From an uncultured Pelagibacteraceae bacterium (GTDB taxonomy: Bacteria; Pseudomonadota; Alphaproteobacteria; Pelagibacterales; Pelagibacteraceae): a DNA stretch of 64,000 nt. The DNA lies in contig CACHCL010000003.1 of assembly GCA_902578315.1 (NCBI GenBank), positions 22,539 to 86,538 of the forward strand, read 5' to 3'. The notes under the pieces are model-generated. The model saw only the letters and a program-made list of their open reading frames with translations. It had not been told where the DNA came from and searched no databases. The position numbers and the translations under genes were made by a program. Shown here one piece after another: positions 10,559-21,938 of this stretch. Every line of letters begins with the position of its first letter. The first letter of the stretch is position 1.

Positions 10559-11031
10559 TGAAACAAAATATAGCACCTGGAAGAAAAATAATTTGTTTAA
10601 ATAGGAAAGCAAGTTTTAATTACTTTTTCTTAGAAACTTTAGAGGCAGGTATTTCTTTAAAAGGTTCTGAGGTGAAATCATTAAGAGATGGAAAAGGCAG
10701 TATAGCTGACTCATACGCCATTGATAACAATGGTGAATTATTTTTAATTAATTCCCATATACCTTTATATAGACAATCGTCTTACAATAATCATAACCCA
10801 AAAAGTGAAAGGAAACTTCTTTTAAAAAAAAAAGAAATAAATAAATTGATAGGAAGAATTAATCAAGAAGGATTAACGATTGTTCCTACAAAAATGTATT
10901 TTTTAAAAGGAAAAGTTAAAGTCGAAATTGCTGTTGCTAAAGGTAAAAAACTTTATGATAAAAGACAGGTAAAAAAAACTAGAGACTGGAATAGAGAAAA
11001 AGCTAGATTACTAAATAAAAATAATAAATGA
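10558..11031 (+). CDS. smpB: SsrA-binding protein
   Basis: [29 protein letters not shown]. Confidence 0.96.
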   Translation: MKQNIAPGRKIICLNRKASFNYFFLETLEAGISLKGSEVKSLRDGKGSIADSYAIDNNGELFLINSHIPLYRQSSYNNHNPKSERKLLLKKKEINKLIGRINQEGLTIVPTKMYFLKGKVKVEIAVAKGKKLYDKRQVKKTRDWNREKARLLNKNNK

Positions 11032-11543
11032 TACACCTAAATATTGGTTCTAATCTTAATTCAAATTTTGGCTCTAGGTTTGATAATATTTCTATTTGTA
11101 TAAATTTATTGATTAGTTCAAAAGTCAAATTAATCAAAATTTCTAATTTTTACGAAACACCATCTTATCCAAATAACAATTTTTCAAAGTATATAAATGT
11201 TGGAGTATTATCTATTTATGAAGGCAATTATCAAAAACTTTTAAGAATCATAAAACTAATAGAAAAAAGATTAGGTAGAATAAAAACAAAAAAAAATGAT
11301 CCAAGAACTATAGATATAGATATTATAGATTTTAATGGTTTAGTAAAAAAAACAAACGACCTAGTCTTTCCTCATCCAAGATCGCATTTAAGAAATTTTG
11401 TTTTATACCCTATATTAGAAATTGATCCTAAATGGTCACATCCAATTTTGAACAAAAATGCACAATTTTTAATAAATAAGTTAAGTCAAAAATCCAGGAT
11501 AGAGATTACAAGATTACAGAAAAATGTTAATATTCAAATATGA
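11028..11543 (+). CDS. folK: 6-hydroxymethyl-7,8-dihydropterin pyrophosphokinase
   Basis: [21 protein letters not shown]...RNFVL.P. Confidence 0.92.
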   Translation: MIHLNIGSNLNSNFGSRFDNISICINLLISSKVKLIKISNFYETPSYPNNNFSKYINVGVLSIYEGNYQKLLRIIKLIEKRLGRIKTKKNDPRTIDIDIIDFNGLVKKTNDLVFPHPRSHLRNFVLYPILEIDPKWSHPILNKNAQFLINKLSQKSRIEITRLQKNVNIQI

Positions 11544-13288
11544 TTAATAATAATGAACTAATTGATCAAATAAAATCATATAATAGATTTCTTAACTCTG
11601 AGTCTCTCAACAAAGCTTATAGTTTTGCAATAGAGGCTCACCAAAATCAAAAAAGAGAGGAGGGCGTTCCCTATATAATTCATCCTGTTGCCGTAGCGAA
11701 AATATTAACAGAATTAAAACTTGATAGCGCAACAATTACTACAGGCTTACTACATGACACTATAGAAGATACTAATGTAACTTATGAGACAGTCAAAAAA
11801 GAGTTTGGAGAAGAAGTAGCTAATTTAGTTGAAGGTGTTACCAAAATTTCTGCATTAGAAGACAAAGCATCGATTGATTCAAAAGCAGAGAATTTTAGAA
11901 AATTGATTCTAGCAACGTCAAAAGATATCAGGGTTTTATTAGTTAAGCTTGCAGATAGACTTCATAATATGAGAACTATTCAATTTGTAAAAAATAAAGA
12001 AAAAATAATTAGGAAAGCAAAAGAGACTATGGAAATTTATGCGCCTTTGGCTGATCGAATGGGAATGAATAGAATAAGAGATGAACTTGAGGATCTATCA
12101 TTTTCTGTTTTGAATAAACCAGCAAGAGATTTAATTGTAAAACGTTTAAATTTTATAAAAAATAACAAAGAAGATACTTTTAAATCAATTTCCATTGAAT
12201 TAATTGAACTACTTAAAAGCAAAGGCATAACAGCTACAATAACAGGAAGAGAAAAAACTCCATTTTCTATTTGGAGAAAAATTCAAAATAAAAAAATTTC
12301 ATTGGAGCAACTGACTGATATCATAGGTTTTAGAGTAATAGTTAAAAATATTGAAGACTGTTACAAGACATTAGGAATATTTCACAGTAAATTTTCAACG
12401 ATACCTGGTAAGTTCAAAGATTATATCTCGACACCAAAAATAAATAACTACAAATCCATACATACAGCTGTAATTGGTCCAAAAAAAAATAGAATTGAAA
12501 TACAAATAAGAACGCATGACATGAATGAATTTGCTCAAAGAGGCATCGCTTCACACTGGAAATACAAATCTTCTGAAAAATTTTCTGAATTGTCATGGAA
12601 AGAATATGATTGGTTAAGAGACCTTGTTGAAATAATAGAAGCAGGAACAAGTCCAGAGCATTATTATGAATTCACTAAATTACAAATGTTTCAAGAAAAT
12701 GTCTTCTGTTTTACACCAAAAGGTGCTGTTATAAAATTACCTCAAAAAGCAACACCAATAGATTTTGCATACGCGGTACATACGAAAGTAGGTAATAGTG
12801 CAACCGGATGTACAATTAATGGCAGACAAGCTACTCTTCAAACAGTTTTAAAGAATGGCGACTTAATTTTTATTGAAACTTCAAAAAATGCCTCACCATC
12901 GTTACACTGGTTGTCTTCATCTGCAACAGGCAAAGCGAGATCAGCAATCAGGAGATATTGGCAAGATAAATCGACAGAAGAGACTAGTGAAACTAAAAAA
13001 AGCTATTCATGTACAATTGAAGTAGATTTGCCTCATAAACCAGGAGCTTTGGGTCACATCAGCTCTCTTATAGGCCTTAATAAAGGTAATATTATTAATA
13101 TTGAAATGTTGAAAAGAACCACAGACCATCTCACTTTTTCATTTGATCTTCAAATAAAAGATTTGAAAAATTTTACAAACTTGATAAGTCAAATAAAGCA
13201 AAGTAACTTAAAATTTAAAATTGTTCGACATAAACAGAAAAAAAATGCTTTCATTAGAAGAATCTTTGAAAATTTTAAAAGAAACTAA
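11540..13288 (+). CDS. spoT: RelA/SpoT (p)ppGpp synthetase/hydrolase (HD-SYNTH-TGS-ACT, shortened)
   Basis: LLHDTIEDT, KLADRLHNMRT, EIQIRT, DFAYAVHT. Confidence 0.93.
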   Translation: MINNNELIDQIKSYNRFLNSESLNKAYSFAIEAHQNQKREEGVPYIIHPVAVAKILTELKLDSATITTGLLHDTIEDTNVTYETVKKEFGEEVANLVEGVTKISALEDKASIDSKAENFRKLILATSKDIRVLLVKLADRLHNMRTIQFVKNKEKIIRKAKETMEIYAPLADRMGMNRIRDELEDLSFSVLNKPARDLIVKRLNFIKNNKEDTFKSISIELIELLKSKGITATITGREKTPFSIWRKIQNKKISLEQLTDIIGFRVIVKNIEDCYKTLGIFHSKFSTIPGKFKDYISTPKINNYKSIHTAVIGPKKNRIEIQIRTHDMNEFAQRGIASHWKYKSSEKFSELSWKEYDWLRDLVEIIEAGTSPEHYYEFTKLQMFQENVFCFTPKGAVIKLPQKATPIDFAYAVHTKVGNSATGCTINGRQATLQTVLKNGDLIFIETSKNASPSLHWLSSSATGKARSAIRRYWQDKSTEETSETKKSYSCTIEVDLPHKPGALGHISSLIGLNKGNIINIEMLKRTTDHLTFSFDLQIKDLKNFTNLISQIKQSNLKFKIVRHKQKKNAFIRRIFENFKRN

Positions 13289-13826
13289 CGCACTTTTAGA
13301 GGGACATTTTGTTTTATCATCAGGGCTACATAGTCCAAAATATATCCAATGCGCTCAGTTAATGAGTAAGCCAGATAAAGCAAGTCAAATTTGTATTTCT
13401 TTATCAAAAAAAATTCAGGACGACCTTGATGATTTTGATATTATTTTATCTCCAGCCATGGGTGGTGTAGTTGTAGGATATGAAATAGGTAGGATCTTAA
13501 AAAAAGAAACTATTTTTGCAGAAAGGGTAAATGGAAAATTTACTTTAAGAAGGGACTTTTCAATAAAAAAAAATCAAAAAATTTTAATTATTGAGGACGT
13601 TATTACTACAGGAAAATCTAGTTTAGAATGTTCACAACTGGTAGCAGAAAATAAAGCATCGATTGTTGGTTTCGCTTGTATAATTGATAGATCTAACGGA
13701 AGATCGTTAATAAAAGAAAAAATAGTTTCTCAAGTAAAGCTCAATATACCTACATACAAAGAGAATAATTTACCAAAAAACTTGACATTGATAAAACCTA
13801 TTAAACCTGGAAGCAGAAATCTCTAA
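13245..13826 (+). CDS. pyrE: Orotate phosphoribosyltransferase
   Basis: GHFVLSSGLHS, IEDVITTG; start moved to ATG 13245 (MLSLEES). Confidence 0.93.
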   Translation: MLSLEESLKILKETNALLEGHFVLSSGLHSPKYIQCAQLMSKPDKASQICISLSKKIQDDLDDFDIILSPAMGGVVVGYEIGRILKKETIFAERVNGKFTLRRDFSIKKNQKILIIEDVITTGKSSLECSQLVAENKASIVGFACIIDRSNGRSLIKEKIVSQVKLNIPTYKENNLPKNLTLIKPIKPGSRNL

Positions 13827-14548
13827 TGAGCAAAGTAAGACTTGGTGTAAACATTGACCATGTAGCAACAGTTAGAAATGCAAGAGGAGAAACTTATCCA
13901 AGCCCTTTAAGAGCAGCTTTAAAAGCCCAAAAGAGCAAGGCAGACTCTATTACTATCCATTTAAGAGAAGATAGACGCCATATTAACGATAATGATTTAA
14001 AATTGATAAAATCAAAACTTAAAATACCTCTTAACTTGGAAATAGCTGCAACAAAAGAAATGCTTAGGATTGCTTTAAAAAATAAACCATCTTTTATTTG
14101 TATAGTCCCTGAAAAAAGAAAAGAAATAACAACAGAGGGCGGCCTAAATTTAAATTATAATAAAAAATTTTTGAGAGAAATTATCAATAAATTAAAAAAA
14201 AATAAATCAAGAGTAAGTCTATTTATTGAGCCAAGTTTAAAAGATATAAAACGATCTAAATATTTAAACGCTGATTGTGTGGAAATACATACTGGAAAAT
14301 TTTGTAATTTAGTGAATGAAAACAAAAATTATAAAAAAGAACTTAATAAAATTCGTAGTTCAGTTTTATTAGGAAATAGTCTAGGTTTAGAAGTCCATGC
14401 AGGTCACGGATTAACATACAAATCAGCAAAAATATTATCAAAAATTTCAGGTATTAAAGAATTTAACATAGGACATTTTTTAATTGGAGAGTCAATATTT
14501 CAAGGACTAGCAAATACAATCAAACAATTTAAAAAGATTATAAATTGA
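13826..14548 (+). CDS. pdxJ: Pyridoxine 5'-phosphate synthase
   Basis: LGVNIDHVAT.RNAR, HLREDRRHI, HAGHGL. Confidence 0.97.
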   Translation: MSKVRLGVNIDHVATVRNARGETYPSPLRAALKAQKSKADSITIHLREDRRHINDNDLKLIKSKLKIPLNLEIAATKEMLRIALKNKPSFICIVPEKRKEITTEGGLNLNYNKKFLREIINKLKKNKSRVSLFIEPSLKDIKRSKYLNADCVEIHTGKFCNLVNENKNYKKELNKIRSSVLLGNSLGLEVHAGHGLTYKSAKILSKISGIKEFNIGHFLIGESIFQGLANTIKQFKKIIN

Positions 14549-14931
14549 TGAAAATATTTGGTATTGGAACAGATATAGTAAAAGTTAGTAGAATAAAAAA
14601 GTTCGTTAAAAAGAAAACTTTTATAACAAGGTTATTTAATAAACAGGAGGTTTTAAAATGTAAAAAAACCAAAAACCCCTCTAATTGTTTTGCTAAAAGA
14701 TTTGCTGCAAAAGAAGCTTTTTCAAAAGCTTTAGGCACTGGAATTTCAAAAGGCATTAATTTTAATGAAATAGTAGTTTTAAATGAAAAAAATGGAAAAC
14801 CATTCATTAAATTACTTAATAAAACTAAAAAAAATGTAGAAAAAAAATTTAAAAAAAAAAAATTCAAAATCTCTTTATCTTTAACAGATGAAGAAAAATA
14901 CGCTGTAGCATTTGTAACTATTTCATCATGA
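14545..14931 (+). CDS. acpS: Holo-ACP synthase
   Basis: GIGTDIV, AKRFAAKEAFSKALGTG. Confidence 0.96.
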   Translation: MMKIFGIGTDIVKVSRIKKFVKKKTFITRLFNKQEVLKCKKTKNPSNCFAKRFAAKEAFSKALGTGISKGINFNEIVVLNEKNGKPFIKLLNKTKKNVEKKFKKKKFKISLSLTDEEKYAVAFVTISS

Positions 14932-15671
14932 AAAAAAATAAACTTTTAAAATCAGTATTTGAGAATATTAAAACTTTAATTGGAGCTATTATATTGGCAG
15001 TCTTAATTAGATCGTTAATTGTACAACCATTTTATATACCATCATCTTCAATGGAACCTACATTACTTGTTGGAGATAGAATATTTGTTTCGAAGTATTC
15101 TTATGGTTACAGTATTCATTCTTTTCCATTTAGTCCAAATTTTTCAAAAAAAAGATTTTTTTTTAAGGATCCAAAACAAGGAGATCTTGTAGTATTTAAA
15201 ACACCTTCTGACAACAGAACTGATTATATAAAAAGATTAATTGGTTTACCTGGAGATGAAATTCAATTTATCGATGGAAATTTAATAATTAATGGAAAAC
15301 AAGTTAAAAGAAATAAAATTAAAAATTCTGATCCGATAAGATGTGGAAGTTTCATATTTAATTCAACAACTTTTATAGAAACACTTCCTAATGGAGTAAA
15401 GTATTTAGCTTCTTATAATAAAGATGGAACTTTACAAAACTCAAAAAAATATAAAGTTCCCAAAGATCACTTCTTTTTAATGGGTGACAATCGAGATTGT
15501 TCAAAAGACAGTAGATTTCTAGAAGATGTTGGTTACGTAAAAAAATTAAATCTAGTAGGAAAAGCAAAGATTATTTTCTTTTCGAATGATACAAATAATG
15601 GAAGCTTACTTAAATTTTGGAATTTACATAAATCATTTCGTTTAAATAGAACATTTAAAAGCTTAAAATGA
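14928..15671 (+). CDS. lepB: Signal peptidase I
   Basis: IPSSSMEPTL, YIKRLIGLPGD, GDNRD.S.DSR. Confidence 0.96.
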   Translation: MKKNKLLKSVFENIKTLIGAIILAVLIRSLIVQPFYIPSSSMEPTLLVGDRIFVSKYSYGYSIHSFPFSPNFSKKRFFFKDPKQGDLVVFKTPSDNRTDYIKRLIGLPGDEIQFIDGNLIINGKQVKRNKIKNSDPIRCGSFIFNSTTFIETLPNGVKYLASYNKDGTLQNSKKYKVPKDHFFLMGDNRDCSKDSRFLEDVGYVKKLNLVGKAKIIFFSNDTNNGSLLKFWNLHKSFRLNRTFKSLK

Positions 15672-16333
15672 TAAAATCAATAAACGAACTTGAAAGAATA
15701 TTAGATTATAATTTTAAAGACAAAAATCTTTTACATAGGGCTTTGACTCATAAGAGTTTTAGTAATAATAAAAACAATGAAAAATTAGAATTTTTAGGTG
15801 ATAGAGTTCTTGGTCTCATAATTTCCAAAGAATTAATCGCAAAATATCCTGAAGAAAAAGAGGGTATAATTGACAAAAAATATGCAAATCTTGTAAACAA
15901 AAAAACCTGTGCCGATATAGCAAAAAAAATAAATATCAAAAAATTTATTTATTTAGGATCATCACATAAGAATTTAGAGCGATCAGCGGATAAAATATTA
16001 AGTGACTGTCTAGAGGCACTCGTTGGTTCAATTTTTTTGGATGGGGGGCTAAAATCTTCAGAAAAATTTATATTTAAGTTTTGGGGATCATATATAGATA
16101 AATCAAAAATAACTCTTGTTGACTCCAAAACAAAATTACAAGAATACAGTCTTAAAAAATTTAAAAAATTACCTATGTATACCTTTTTTAAAAAAATTGG
16201 CCCTCAACATAAACCACTATTTAAAACCGAAGTTGAAATACCGCAATCAAAAAAAATTATAGGTATAGGATCTTCTAAAAAAAATGCTCAACAAAATGCA
16301 GCGGCCAAGTTGATAAAAATTTTAAAAATATGA
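15668..16333 (+). CDS. rnc: Ribonuclease III
   Basis: ALTHKS, NEKLEFLGD, C-terminal dsRBD. Confidence 0.96.
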   Translation: MIKSINELERILDYNFKDKNLLHRALTHKSFSNNKNNEKLEFLGDRVLGLIISKELIAKYPEEKEGIIDKKYANLVNKKTCADIAKKINIKKFIYLGSSHKNLERSADKILSDCLEALVGSIFLDGGLKSSEKFIFKFWGSYIDKSKITLVDSKTKLQEYSLKKFKKLPMYTFFKKIGPQHKPLFKTEVEIPQSKKIIGIGSSKKNAQQNAAAKLIKILKI

Positions 16334-17010
16334 ATTGGGAAGATGAGTGCTATCTATTGTCAAAAAGAAAATTTAGAGAGAACGCAAACATAATTGATGT
16401 ATTTTCACATTCAAAGGGTAAGGTATCTGGAGTAGTTCATGGCGGAAATTCTAGAAAAATAAGAAATTATTTACAAATATCAAACAAATTATTCATAGTT
16501 CACAATTCTAAAAGTGAAAACAAATTGGGATATTTTAAAACTGAGTTGGTAAAAGCAATATCTCCATTATACTTCAATGATAAAGAGAGAACTACTACAT
16601 TAATTTCCATTTGTTCAATTTTAAAAATTCTACTTCCAGAGTCCCAACCAAACAAAGATATTTATAAATCCTTAGAAGAATTTGTAAATTCATTGGGTTT
16701 AGAAAATTGGATAGTAGTTTATATTTTCTTTGAATTGAGTCTTATCAAAAATTTAGGGTATGATCCAGATTTAGAAAAATTTAAGAAAAAAAATATGAAT
16801 TCATCAAATACTTCTAAAATAAAAATTGATGAGTTTACTTATGATGTTCCAGATTTTTTAATCTTAAAGGAAATACCAAAAAAATTATCAAATCATTTGA
16901 TAAAAAAATCTTTATATTTTACAAGAAATATAATACAAAATAAGTTTTTCATACCAAACAATTTACCTTTTCCTAAATCGAGAGTTTTATTGGAAAACTA
17001 TTTTAATTGA
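16330..17010 (+). CDS. recO: DNA repair protein RecO
   Basis: N-terminal MNWEDE...FREN OB fold, FELSL...LGY; usual position after rnc. Confidence 0.85.
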   Translation: MNWEDECYLLSKRKFRENANIIDVFSHSKGKVSGVVHGGNSRKIRNYLQISNKLFIVHNSKSENKLGYFKTELVKAISPLYFNDKERTTTLISICSILKILLPESQPNKDIYKSLEEFVNSLGLENWIVVYIFFELSLIKNLGYDPDLEKFKKKNMNSSNTSKIKIDEFTYDVPDFLILKEIPKKLSNHLIKKSLYFTRNIIQNKFFIPNNLPFPKSRVLLENYFN

Positions 17011-17999
17011 TTTTTTATAATTTTTGCAATGTCTATTGCAAAGTAGGTAACTATTGCGCAAGCCCCAGCTCTTTTAAAAGAGTTTACGCTTTCTAAAATT
17101 GCATCGTTATTTAAAATTTTTTTTTCAATTGCATTTTTAATCATACTGTATTCACCAGATACTTGATAAGCTAAAACAGGTACATTATAATTTCTTTTAA
17201 TTTTATTAATAATATCTAAATATATTAATCCCGGCTTAACCATAACCATATCTGCACCTTCTTTGATATCTAATCCAACTTCTCTTAAAGCCTCTGATGA
17301 ATTTCTAAAATCCATTTGATAAGTTTTTTTATCCGATTTTAGTTTAGATTTACTTCCTACTGCATCTCTAAAAGGGCCATAAAAATTAGAAGCATATTTT
17401 ACGGCATATGATAAAATATTTACATCTTTAAAATTTTCCTCGTCAAGAGCCTTTCTTATTACTCCAATTCTACCATCCATCATGTCTGATGGAGCAATAA
17501 TATCACATCCTTTTTTTGCATATAATAAAGCTTGCTTTACCAAAACTTTTATAGTTTCGTCATTATCGATTTTTTTTTTTATAATCACACCATCGTGACC
17601 GTGCGTAGTGTAAGGATCAAGTGCCACATCACACATGACACCAATTTTAGGAAATTTTTTTTTAATAAACTTAATGGCTTTACAAATTAAATTATTTGGA
17701 TTTAAAGCTTCAGTTCCAAATTCATCTTTTTTGTAATTAGGAGTAAATGGAAATAATGCCACCATTGGGATTTTATACCTCTCAACTTCTTTTAATATAT
17801 TTGATAATTTATCTACCGAGTATCTTTTCACTCCTGGCATTAATTTTATAGACTCAACTTTGTTTTTTCCCTCTCTTATAAAAATAGGTAAAATCAAATC
17901 TTTGTGAGAAATGTTACTTTCAGATACGAGATCTCTTATCCAAGTTGATTTTCTTAATCTTCTAAGCCTTAAATTAGGGTAAGATCCAATGATTTTCAT
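16998..17999 (-). CDS. hemB: Porphobilinogen synthase
   Basis: DVALDPYTTHGHDG, APSDMMDGR, FYGPFRDA, MVKPG. Confidence 0.97.
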   Translation of the reverse strand: MKIIGSYPNLRLRRLRKSTWIRDLVSESNISHKDLILPIFIREGKNKVESIKLMPGVKRYSVDKLSNILKEVERYKIPMVALFPFTPNYKKDEFGTEALNPNNLICKAIKFIKKKFPKIGVMCDVALDPYTTHGHDGVIIKKKIDNDETIKVLVKQALLYAKKGCDIIAPSDMMDGRIGVIRKALDEENFKDVNILSYAVKYASNFYGPFRDAVGSKSKLKSDKKTYQMDFRNSSEALREVGLDIKEGADMVMVKPGLIYLDIINKIKRNYNVPVLAYQVSGEYSMIKNAIEKKILNNDAILESVNSFKRAGACAIVTYFAIDIAKIIKNQLK

Positions 18000-18077
18000 G
18001 TAAAGTTCCGTAAATTTCTAATTTGATGCGACAAATATATTATTATAATTTTAAATAGTGTAATTTAATTACTAATA

Positions 18078-18530
18078 ATGAGCAATATAAAACTAAAACA
18101 ACTATTTAAAACTGTATGTATTGCCTCAGACCATGCAGGCTTTAAATTAAAGGAGGAAATTAAAAATCATTTAATTGATAAAAGAATTTCAATTTTCGAT
18201 ATTGGTCCTTTTAACAGCGAATCTGTCGACTATCCAGATTTTGCTAAAAAACTTGCTCTTCGAATTAAATCCAAAAAAAGTGAGGTTGGTATATTAGTTT
18301 GCGGATCAGGCACTGGTATGGCAATAAGTGCTAATAAAATCAAAACTATTAGAGCAGCTGTTTGCTATAATTTAAAGTCTACAAGATTGTCTAGACAGCA
18401 TAATAATGCTAATATAATAGCATTAGGCGCAAGATTAATAAAAAAAAAGCTATCTTTAAAATTAGTTGAAACTTTTTTAAAAACTAAATTTGAAGGTGGT
18501 AGACATTTAAGAAGGGTAAAAAAAATTTAA
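18078..18530 (+). CDS. rpiB: Ribose-5-phosphate isomerase B
   Basis: SDHAG, CGSGTGM, HNNAN, FEGGRH. Confidence 0.96.
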   Translation: MSNIKLKQLFKTVCIASDHAGFKLKEEIKNHLIDKRISIFDIGPFNSESVDYPDFAKKLALRIKSKKSEVGILVCGSGTGMAISANKIKTIRAAVCYNLKSTRLSRQHNNANIIALGARLIKKKLSLKLVETFLKTKFEGGRHLRRVKKI

Positions 18531-18531
18531 C

Positions 18532-19833
18532 ATGTCAATAGCATTAAAGTTAAACAATTATTTAAACAGTTTCTTCAAATTAGATTTAAAAGAAGCTGAT
18601 AAAGAATTATATAAATCCATCGAACAGGAATTCCTAAGACAACAAAATCACATTGAACTAATAGCCTCTGAAAATATAGTTTCAAATGCAGTATTAGAAG
18701 CCCAAGGTTCTGTTTTAACGAATAAATATGCAGAAGGGTATCCAGGGAAAAGATATTATGGAGGATGTGAGCATGTTGACATATCTGAAAATTTAGCAAT
18801 AGAGAGAGCCAAAAAATTATTTAATTGTAAATTTGCAAATGTTCAGCCTCATTCAGGTGCGCAAGCTAATGGAGCAGTATATCTTGCTTTGTTAAAACCA
18901 GGGGATACAACTCTTGCAATGAGTCTTAACTCGGGAGGTCATTTAACTCATGGCGCTAAACCTGCTCAGTCAGGAAAATGGTTTAACGCACTCCACTATG
19001 AGGTAGATAAAGAAACAGGTTTAATTGATTATGATGGAGTTGAAAAACTTGCTGTTAAGAATAAACCAAAACTTATTATTGCTGGAGGAAGTGCATATTC
19101 AAGAATTATAGATTTTAAAAAATTTAGAGAAATTTGTGACAAAGTTGGTGCCTATTTTTTAGTAGATATGGCACATTTTTCTGGACTTGTTGCTGGAAAT
19201 GCCTATCCAAATCCAACTGAATATGCTGATGTTGTCACTTCCACTACTCATAAAGTTTTGAGAGGTCCTCGAGGTGGAATTATTTTAACAAATAAAGAAG
19301 ATTTAATAAAAAAATTTAACAGCGCTATATTTCCTGGTCTTCAGGGTGGACCGTTAATGCATGTTATCGCTGCGAAAGCAGTTTGTTTTAAAGAAGCTTT
19401 ATCAGATGATTTCAAAGAATATACAAAAAATGTAATAAACAATGCTAAAGTGCTTTCTGAAAGACTTACTGAAAAAGGTTTTAAAATTTTTTCTGGTGGT
19501 ACAGACACTCATCTAATGTTGATTGACTTAAGATCATTTGGAGTTACAGGAAAAGATGCTCAAGCATCTTTAGGTAGAGCAAATATTACTTGTAATAAAA
19601 ATGGAATTCCATTTGATACTGAAAGTCCAATGATAACTTCGGGAATAAGATTGGGTACTCCAGCCTGTACAACAAGAGGCTTTGGTGCGAATGAATTCAA
19701 ACTTGTAGGTGATTTAATTTATAAAGTTGTGGAGGGTCTTAGCAAAAATAAAGATGATAACTCAAAAGCAGAAAAGGAGGTTCAAAAAGAAATAATTGAA
19801 CTTTGTTCCTTTTTTCCTATATATAGTAGTTAA
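18532..19833 (+). CDS. glyA: Serine hydroxymethyltransferase
   Basis: [26 protein letters not shown]. Confidence 0.98.
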   Translation: MSIALKLNNYLNSFFKLDLKEADKELYKSIEQEFLRQQNHIELIASENIVSNAVLEAQGSVLTNKYAEGYPGKRYYGGCEHVDISENLAIERAKKLFNCKFANVQPHSGAQANGAVYLALLKPGDTTLAMSLNSGGHLTHGAKPAQSGKWFNALHYEVDKETGLIDYDGVEKLAVKNKPKLIIAGGSAYSRIIDFKKFREICDKVGAYFLVDMAHFSGLVAGNAYPNPTEYADVVTSTTHKVLRGPRGGIILTNKEDLIKKFNSAIFPGLQGGPLMHVIAAKAVCFKEALSDDFKEYTKNVINNAKVLSERLTEKGFKIFSGGTDTHLMLIDLRSFGVTGKDAQASLGRANITCNKNGIPFDTESPMITSGIRLGTPACTTRGFGANEFKLVGDLIYKVVEGLSKNKDDNSKAEKEVQKEIIELCSFFPIYSS

Positions 19834-19840
19834 AATATTT

Positions 19841-20302
19841 ATGCTTTGCCCATTTTGTAGAGAAAAAGACACTTCAGTAGTTGACTCCAGACCAACAGAG
19901 GACGGAACAGCCATCAGACGAAGAAGGTTATGTGGTTGTGACAGAAAAGAAAGATTCACTACCTTTGAAAGAGTTCAGTTTCAAGAACTAACAGTTATAA
20001 AAGGAAATGGCAAAAGAGAACCATTTGATAGAGATAAGATTTCAAAATCAATTAGAATTGCAACAAGAAAAAGACCAATTGACTCTGAAACTATTGAAAA
20101 ATTTATCTCAAAAATAGTGAGAAATTTAGAGGGTCTTGGTGAAAGCGAAATTCCAACTCCAACAATTGGTAAGTTCATTATGGAGGGTCTTTCATCATTA
20201 GATAAAGTTGCCTATGTTCGTTTTGCATCTGTTTATAAGAATTTTAAAGAGGCAAAAGACTTTGAAGAATTTGTGGGCAATATAGATGAAAACAAATCAT
20301 AA
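19841..20302 (+). CDS. nrdR: Transcriptional repressor NrdR
   Basis: [27 protein letters not shown]; start moved to ATG 19841. Confidence 0.95.
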   Translation: MLCPFCREKDTSVVDSRPTEDGTAIRRRRLCGCDRKERFTTFERVQFQELTVIKGNGKREPFDRDKISKSIRIATRKRPIDSETIEKFISKIVRNLEGLGESEIPTPTIGKFIMEGLSSLDKVAYVRFASVYKNFKEAKDFEEFVGNIDENKS

Positions 20303-21350
20303 TTTCTATTCAAATCTTGCTTTTAGATTGGCTGAAATAAACTTAGGAAAAACAAAAAAAAATCCATCAGTTGGCTGCATTATAGTAAGAAATGATTCTG
20401 TGATCAGCTCTGGAGTTACATCTATAAATGGAAGACCTCATGCAGAATTTAATGCTTTAAAGAAAAAAATTAGTTTTAGTAAATCAAATATGTATGTGAC
20501 TTTAGAACCATGTACTCATTATGGCAAAACACCCCCATGCACTTATATAATTAAAAAAAAAAAAATTAAGAATATATTTTATTCATTTTATGACCCCGAC
20601 GAAAGAACACATAAAAAAGTTAAAAAATTTCTTAAAAATTCAGTAAAATTAAAAAAAATAGACATTGAAAATAAAAATTTTTACAAAAGCTATTATCTAA
20701 ATAAAATTAATAAACTTCCTCTTATTGATGCAAAAATAGCTATATCAAAAGATTTTTTTACTATTAATAAAAGTTCAAAATGGATTACTAACTTAAGGTC
20801 AAGAAGAGTATCTCACTTAATTAGGTCAAAGTATGATTGTATTATTTCTACTTCAAATTCCATCAATAAAGATAATTCTTTACTTAATTGTAGAATTAAT
20901 GGAATGAATCACATGATGCCGAAACTCGTAATAATCGATCGATACTTAAAGATAAAAAAAAAACTTAAATTATTTCAACTAACAAAAAAAAGAAAAACGA
21001 CTATTGTTACTACCAGTAATAATCGAAATAAGATTTCTTTTTTAAAAAAAAAAAATATCAAGATTATAAAGCTAAGAAAACTTGAAAATAAAAGTGATTT
21101 TAAATTATTATTCAAAAAATTATTTATAAGTGGAAGTTGCAGAATTTTGGTCGAGTCAGGTTTAGTTTTTATAATTAAATTATTTAAATTCAGACTAATT
21201 AATGATTTATATGTTTTTAAATCAAATACACTTTTAAAAAAAAACGGATACAATAATGTGAATACAAAATTTTTAAAAAATCTTGTTCTTAAAAACAGAA
21301 TAAAAGTAAATCTTAAAAATGATAATCTTTATAAAATTAGGTTTAAATAA
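20286..21350 (+). CDS. ribD: Riboflavin deaminase/reductase RibD
   Basis: [22 protein letters not shown]; C-terminal reductase domain. Confidence 0.92.
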   Translation: MKTNHNFYSNLAFRLAEINLGKTKKNPSVGCIIVRNDSVISSGVTSINGRPHAEFNALKKKISFSKSNMYVTLEPCTHYGKTPPCTYIIKKKKIKNIFYSFYDPDERTHKKVKKFLKNSVKLKKIDIENKNFYKSYYLNKINKLPLIDAKIAISKDFFTINKSSKWITNLRSRRVSHLIRSKYDCIISTSNSINKDNSLLNCRINGMNHMMPKLVIIDRYLKIKKKLKLFQLTKKRKTTIVTTSNNRNKISFLKKKNIKIIKLRKLENKSDFKLLFKKLFISGSCRILVESGLVFIIKLFKFRLINDLYVFKSNTLLKKNGYNNVNTKFLKNLVLKNRIKVNLKNDNLYKIRFK

Positions 21351-21937
21351 TGTTTAATGGAATAATTTACAACAAAGGTGTAGTTACATTAATTAAGAAT
21401 AACGCTAACAGTAAATTAATTGGAATAAAATCAAATTTAAAATTCAATAAGAAAGATGTTGGCTCTTCAGTATGTTGTAATGGCGTGTGCTTAACCTTGA
21501 ATAAAGTTGAAAAAAAATTAATTTATTTCTATGTTTCTTCGGAAACGATAAAAAGATCTAATTTTAAAAATATTAAAAAAGGTCAAATAATTAATTTAGA
21601 AAAATCATTGGTTTATGGACAAAAAATCTCTGGTCATTTTACCCAAGGACATGTTGATGCAACTGCTAAAATCAAATCAATAAAAATTATAGATAATTCG
21701 TGGATATTAAAACTAAAAATTTCAGATAATAAATTTAATAAATATTTAGAGGAAAAGGCATCTATTTCAATAAACGGCGTGTCCCTGACAATTTCAAAAG
21801 TTTTGAAAAAAGAATTTATTATAAATATAATTCCTCATACCTTAAAACTTACAAATTTTAAAAATTTGAGAGTTAACGATTTAGTAAATGTGGAATTAGA
21901 TATATTTGGAAAATATCTATATAAATATTCTAATTAA
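21350..21937 (+). CDS. ribE: Riboflavin synthase (alpha chain)
   Basis: MFNGII, NGVCLT, GHFTQGHVD, NGVSLT. Confidence 0.95.
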   Translation: MFNGIIYNKGVVTLIKNNANSKLIGIKSNLKFNKKDVGSSVCCNGVCLTLNKVEKKLIYFYVSSETIKRSNFKNIKKGQIINLEKSLVYGQKISGHFTQGHVDATAKIKSIKIIDNSWILKLKISDNKFNKYLEEKASISINGVSLTISKVLKKEFIINIIPHTLKLTNFKNLRVNDLVNVELDIFGKYLYKYSN

Positions 21938-21938
21938 A

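Noticed and set aside
14851-14862. Long A/T homopolymers (in acpS, hemB, ribD) as phase-variation tracts
   Set aside because: In-frame Lys runs in AT-rich housekeeping genes with no frameshift.
19841-19970. NrdR second zinc knuckle reads CGC instead of CxxC
   Set aside because: All four cysteines and the Arg cluster are retained; likely a minor lineage variant.
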